Assembly: GCA_902773665.1 (NCBI GenBank)
Contig: CACYFF010000006.1
Span: 34,801 to 98,800 of the forward strand
Length of the DNA: 64,000 nt
Source: an uncultured Eubacteriales bacterium
GTDB taxonomy: Bacteria > Bacillota > Clostridia > Peptostreptococcales > Anaerovoracaceae
Direction of reading: 5' to 3'
Shown here: in pieces, positions 60,178 to 64,000 of the stretch
Layout of the letters: every line of letters begins with the position of its first letter
Numbering within the stretch: the first letter of the stretch is position 1
Translations under genes and position numbers: made by a program
The notes under the pieces: generated by a model
What the model was told of the DNA's origin: nothing
What the model saw: the letters and a program-made list of their open reading frames with translations, nothing else
Databases searched by the model: none

Positions 60178-60705
60178 ATGAGAAAGATCAAAGATCTGAT
60201 ATACGACTACAACGACATCTTCGTGGCCCTGCTCATCATCGCAGCGGCGGCTGCGATCATCTTCTGGCGGGTCACCGACATCATGGCCTACCCGGAGTAT
60301 CTGGCGGGCAAGGAGCAGTCCCAGACCGGAGAGGTGGACTTTTCCGACGTGGATCTGACACCGGTGGACATCGAACCGTTTAACGAAAACCCGGACGAGA
60401 TCACGGTGGACGGCAGCGGCGAGGACCAGACTGCGCAGCAGACGCCGGCGGATGAGACGCAGACCCCGGAGGAACCTGCCCAGACCGCGCAGGTCGATGC
60501 GGACGGCAACTACACCGTGGAGATCCCCAAAGGGTCTTCCGCCCAGGGTATCGCCCGCATTCTGAAAGATCAGGGCATCATCTCCGATGTCGACGCCTTC
60601 ATGGATGTCGTCGAGCAGATGGGCGCCACGATGCAGATGAAATACGGCACCTATAAGATCCCGCAAGGCAGCACCGCCGAAGAGATCATCAATAAACTCA
60701 TTTAG
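60178..60705 (+). CDS. Membrane-anchored protein resembling only the N-terminal domain of MltG/YceG
   Basis: ATG 60178 gives MRKIKDLIYDYNDIFVALLIIAAAAAIIFW (TM). Then an acidic linker, then IPKGSSAQGIARILKDQGIISDVDAF...KYGTYKIPQGSTAEEIINKL. No catalytic YceG domain follows. Confidence 0.4.
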   Translation: MRKIKDLIYDYNDIFVALLIIAAAAAIIFWRVTDIMAYPEYLAGKEQSQTGEVDFSDVDLTPVDIEPFNENPDEITVDGSGEDQTAQQTPADETQTPEEPAQTAQVDADGNYTVEIPKGSSAQGIARILKDQGIISDVDAFMDVVEQMGATMQMKYGTYKIPQGSTAEEIINKLI

Positions 60706-60714
60706 GAGGATACT

Positions 60715-61644
60715 ATGGCACTTGTAACCACCAAAGAAATGTTCGCGAAGGCACTGAACAAGGATTACGCAGTCGGCGCCTTCAACGTCAATAACATGGA
60801 GATCATCCAGGGCATCGTGGAAGCCGCCCAGGAAGAGAATGCACCTCTCATCCTGCAGGTCTCCGCAGGCGCCCGCAAATATGCGAAGCCCGCTTATCTG
60901 ACGAAGCTGGTCGAGGCAGCCATGATCGATACCGGCCTGGATATCTGCCTGCACCTGGACCACGGCGAAGATTTCGACATCTGCAAGAAGTGCGTGGACG
61001 ACGGGTTCACCTCCGTCATGATCGACGGCTCCAAGCACGAATTTGAGGAGAACATCAAGCTCACGAAGCAGGTCGTGGAATACGCCCATGCCCACGGCGT
61101 TGTCGTGGAAGCCGAACTCGGCAAGCTAGCCGGGGTGGAAGACAATATCAACGTCGACGCCCGTTCCGCCACGTTCACCGTTCCCGAAGAAGCGGCGGAA
61201 TTCGTAGAGCGTACCGGCGTGGATTCCCTGGCAGTCGCCATCGGAACCAGCCACGGTGCCTATAAATTCAAGGGCACGCCCTATCTGGACTTCGAAAGAC
61301 TGGAAGCGATCCACAAGCTCATCCCCGACACCCCGCTGGTTCTCCACGGCGCCTCCACCGTTCTGCCCGAATTCGTCGCCCGCTGCAACGAGTACGGCGG
61401 CAACATCCCCGGCGCCCAGGGCGTTCCCGAGGAGATGATCCTCGAAGCCGTTAAGCACGGCGTCTGCAAGGTAAACATCGACACCGACCTGCGTCTGGCC
61501 ATGACCGCGGAGATCCGCCGCCACCTGGTCGAGCATCCCGAGGACTTCGACCCCAGAAAGTACCTGGGACCGGCCAGAGATGCCATCAAGCGCATGGTGC
61601 AGCACAAGATCCGCAACGTGTTGAACGCAAGCGGCCAGAGATAA
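60715..61644 (+). CDS. fba: Class II fructose-1,6-bisphosphate aldolase
   Basis: 309 aa. AVGAFNVNNMEIIQGIVEAA...LHLDHG...GTSHGAYKF...LVLHGAS. Confidence 0.9.
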   Translation: MALVTTKEMFAKALNKDYAVGAFNVNNMEIIQGIVEAAQEENAPLILQVSAGARKYAKPAYLTKLVEAAMIDTGLDICLHLDHGEDFDICKKCVDDGFTSVMIDGSKHEFEENIKLTKQVVEYAHAHGVVVEAELGKLAGVEDNINVDARSATFTVPEEAAEFVERTGVDSLAVAIGTSHGAYKFKGTPYLDFERLEAIHKLIPDTPLVLHGASTVLPEFVARCNEYGGNIPGAQGVPEEMILEAVKHGVCKVNIDTDLRLAMTAEIRRHLVEHPEDFDPRKYLGPARDAIKRMVQHKIRNVLNASGQR

Positions 61645-61662
61645 ACAATTGACAATATTACC

Positions 61663-61699
61663 AAAAGATGGTATTCATATTACATGAATACCATCTTTT
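61663..61699 (+). terminator. fba terminator (15-bp perfect stem)
   Basis: AAAAGATGGTATTCAtattacaTGAATACCATCTTTT followed by T. The 3' arm contains the ATG of the next ORF. Confidence 0.8.
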
Positions 61700-62130
61700 T
61701 ACTTTGGACGATTTTCTGGCTGCTGCGCATTACGATCGAGGACATCCGCTCCTTTACGATCCCCAACCGGTTTACGCTGGCCATTCTGCTGGCTGCGCCC
61801 TTCCTGAGCGCGGCGCCGGTCAGCATGCGTCTTCTTGCGGCCGCACTCCCCTTCTGCCTCGTTCCTTTCCTCGGCATGGGAGACGTAAAGCTGTACAGCG
61901 CCCTGGGATTCTGCCTCGGCCCCGCGCCGCTGCTTCGCATCGCCTGCGGTTCTCTTCTGGCAGGCGGGCTCTATGCCGCAGCGCTGCTGGTCCTCCGGAA
62001 GGCAAAGAAAAAGGACCGGATAGCATTCGGTCCTTTTATCGCAGCGTCCGCTGCCGTAATTCTTCTTATGCCTTACTTCGCGTCGACAGAAGCCATGTGG
62101 GCGATCAGCCGCAGCATGTTGGCGGTGTAG
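61684..62130 (+). CDS. A24-family prepilin peptidase (short CpaA-like form)
   Basis: 148 aa. ITIEDIRSFTIPN and GMGDVKLYSALG carry the two catalytic-Asp motifs. The last 58 nt overlap the convergent gap gene. Confidence 0.65.
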   Translation: MNTIFLLWTIFWLLRITIEDIRSFTIPNRFTLAILLAAPFLSAAPVSMRLLAAALPFCLVPFLGMGDVKLYSALGFCLGPAPLLRIACGSLLAGGLYAAALLVLRKAKKKDRIAFGPFIAASAAVILLMPYFASTEAMWAISRSMLAV

Positions 62131-63092
62131 CCCCACTCGTTGTCGTAGAAGGCGACGAGCTTGAACCAGTATTCGTTCATCTCGATACCCTGGCGCGCGT
62201 CGAAGCAGGTGGGGGTGGAAGCGCCGATAAAGTCGGAGGAGACGACTTCGTCGTCCACATATTCGATGACGCCCTTCATGTAGGTCTCGGAGGCCTTCTT
62301 CACCTTTTCGCAGATGTCTGCGTAGTGGGTCGGCTTCTCCAGCTTGACGTTCAGGTCGATGACGGATACGTCCGCGATGGGTACGCGGTAGGCGATGCCG
62401 GTGAGCTTGCCCTGGATCTCAGGGATGACCAGACCAACAGCCTTCGCAGCGCCGGTGGCGGTGGGGATGATGTTGCCGAAGACGGAACGACCCGTTCTCC
62501 AGTCCTTCAGGGACTTGGCATCTACGACCTTCTGCTTGGCGGTCGCGGCGTGGATGGTGGACATCAGACCGCCGTCGATGCCGTACTCATTCTGCAGCAC
62601 CTTGCACAGGGGTGCGAGGCAGTTCGTGGTGCAGCTGGCTGCAGAAACGATATCCATTGAACTTTCGTACTTCTCCTGGTTGACGCCGTAGACGAATGTC
62701 GGGGTCACCTTATCCTTAGCCGGAGCGGACATGATGACTTTCTTCGCGCCGCCGACAAAGTGTGCCTTCGCATCCTCGGACTTTACGTAAGCGCCGGTCG
62801 CATCGATGATGTATTCGGCACCGAGTTCCTTCCAGGGGATCTTGGAAGCGTCGCCTTCGCTGTAGACGAGGATCTTCTTGCCGTCGATGATGATGCCGTC
62901 GTCCGCCTTCTCCAGCTTGCCGGGGAAGCGTCCGTAGACGGTGTCGTATTTGATCATGTAGAGCATGTAGTCGATGTCCGCTTCGCGCTTTGCGATCGCG
63001 ACGACGTCGAATACTTCCGGCTGCTGCAGAGCGATGCGCAGAGCGATGCTGCCGATGCGGCCGAAGCCGTTGATTCCTAACTTAATAGCCAT
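62073..63092 (-). CDS. gap: Glyceraldehyde-3-phosphate dehydrogenase
   Basis: ATG 63092 follows GAGGAGGAG. MAIKLGINGFGRIGS...SAASCTTNCLAP... Confidence 0.9.
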   Translation of the reverse strand: MAIKLGINGFGRIGSIALRIALQQPEVFDVVAIAKREADIDYMLYMIKYDTVYGRFPGKLEKADDGIIIDGKKILVYSEGDASKIPWKELGAEYIIDATGAYVKSEDAKAHFVGGAKKVIMSAPAKDKVTPTFVYGVNQEKYESSMDIVSAASCTTNCLAPLCKVLQNEYGIDGGLMSTIHAATAKQKVVDAKSLKDWRTGRSVFGNIIPTATGAAKAVGLVIPEIQGKLTGIAYRVPIADVSVIDLNVKLEKPTHYADICEKVKKASETYMKGVIEYVDDEVVSSDFIGASTPTCFDARQGIEMNEYWFKLVAFYDNEWGYTANMLRLIAHMASVDAK

Positions 63093-63136
63093 TTTCTCCT
63101 CCTCATTGGCCGCACAGGGCGGTCCCAACCTCTCAG

Positions 63137-63793
63137 CTATTCGTTACATTTTTTCAAAACTGCCTGCAGGCAGTTGATGGACTTGCCTCTCGCGGAAAAC
63201 TTCTGCTCGTACTCCGTCTCCACGTTCCATTCCGCGTAGGGACTGTGGTGGAGGTCCCGGGTGACCCAGCGCAGCAGCAGGCCGCGGCTGCGGATCTCCT
63301 CCAGGGAGTAGTCGAACAATCCGTCGTTATCCGTCTTGAACTGCAGTACGGCACCGGGCGCCGCACAGGCTTCGTATGCCTTCAGTTTTTCCCGGTACGT
63401 AAGTCTGCGCTTGGCGTTGCGAGCTTTCGGCCAGGGATCGCTGAAGTTTAGGTAGATGCGGTCCAGTTCCCCTTCGGCGAAGAAGTCCCGCGCATCCACT
63501 ATATAATCCATTATAACAAGAAGATTGGAAAGATTATAGTCTTTTGCCTTTTGCAGGATTCGGACGTTGATCTTTTTTCCACCTTCCACCGCGATGAAAT
63601 TCACGTCCGGATGCAGCCGTGCCATCTCGCAGATAAACCGGCCTTTGCCGGAACCGATCTCCAGATGCAGCGGCAGGCTGGGGTCCGCAAAGGCGCTGCG
63701 CCAGCTTCCCCTCTTTGCTTTCGGGTCATCCGCGATCCAGGCGCTGCAGTCCGCCGCGATCGCATCTCTGTTTTTTACACTACGCTGTCTCAT
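63137..63793 (-). CDS. trmB: tRNA (guanine-N7)-methyltransferase
   Basis: 218 aa. LHLEIGSGKGRFICEMA...NFIAVE...FSDPWPK. Confidence 0.9.
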   Translation of the reverse strand: MRQRSVKNRDAIAADCSAWIADDPKAKRGSWRSAFADPSLPLHLEIGSGKGRFICEMARLHPDVNFIAVEGGKKINVRILQKAKDYNLSNLLVIMDYIVDARDFFAEGELDRIYLNFSDPWPKARNAKRRLTYREKLKAYEACAAPGAVLQFKTDNDGLFDYSLEEIRSRGLLLRWVTRDLHHSPYAEWNVETEYEQKFSARGKSINCLQAVLKKCNE

Positions 63794-64000
63794 TTAGAAC
63801 ACCGGCAGCTTTCCGATGGCGATGACCGCCGCAAAATACAATACCAGGATGACCGCCGCGATGCGGTCGCAATTGTGGAAGGCCATGCCGTTCATGCGGG
63901 TGCGGCCGTCTCCGCCCCGGTAGCAGCGGGCTTCCATGGCCATGGCCAGGTCCGCCGCGATGCGGAACGCGCTCACGAACAGGGGCACCAGCAGAGGGAT
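63794..64000 (-). CDS. ecfT: C-terminal end of a second ECF transporter T component (gene starts beyond the right edge)
   Basis: ...IPLLVPLFVSAFRIAADLAMAMEARCYRGGDGRTRM... is the conserved EcfT C-terminal motif. Confidence 0.7.
   Translation of the reverse strand: MPLLVPLFVSAFRIAADLAMAMEARCYRGGDGRTRMNGMAFHNCDRIAAVILVLYFAAVIAIGKLPVF

Noticed and set aside
59515-61095. 526-aa minus-strand ORF spanning the rluA-family gene, an intergenic region and fba.
   Set aside because: It runs through two divergent promoters and antisense to fba and the MltG-like gene. It has low-complexity Arg/Gly composition. The supported genes fully explain the region.

Overview
This is a dense 64-kb chromosomal window from a high-GC anaerobic Firmicute, probably Clostridia. 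The markers are PFOR, butyrate kinase, rubrerythrin/desulfoferrodoxin, WhiA, RapZ and SLH-anchored surface proteins; the species cannot be named from sequence alone. I support about 75 protein genes, roughly 80% on the minus strand, and many are joined by ATGA or TAATG start/stop overlaps. There are two RNA genes: tRNA-Ser(GGA) at 35062-35149 and tmRNA/ssrA at 52173-52532, with smpB 5.5 kb away. I saw no rRNA, no CRISPR array and no intact mobile element. Most content is housekeeping: murB, rapZ, whiA, fba, gap, trmB, lepB, rluA-family, xfp, an aminotransferase, amino-acid ABC and ECF transporters, and an oxidative-stress cluster. The one visibly AT-rich accessory patch (about 17.7-21.0 kb) holds the variable half of an SLH surface protein, two diverged tandem brnT/brnA toxin-antitoxin cassettes (one toxin frameshifted) and an IS3-family remnant. 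No known defence system or recognisable new system stands out, so these are candidates only. They are: (1) a Cheo-type SOS box in front of a translationally coupled rarA / UvrB-domain-less UvrA paralog / fabZ operon; (2) a three-gene sensory module in which a 7TM histidine-kinase look-alike has Tyr in place of the phospho-acceptor His and is ATGA-coupled to a real HisKA_3 kinase and NarL-type regulator, followed by a 17-bp hairpin that is both terminator and SD-sequestrator for a 1256-aa SLH protein; (3) a tightly overlapped phosphoribosyltransferase / (kinase-like + MobA-like fusion) / butyrate-kinase operon; (4) a chimeric ORF joining a D-aminoacylase-type N-terminus to an M20 peptidase body at a shared G-x-C-G motif; (5) a recurring extended -10 + 6 nt + ATG architecture that suggests leaderless mRNAs. 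All functional calls come from reading the translations by eye; no database search or folding program was run.
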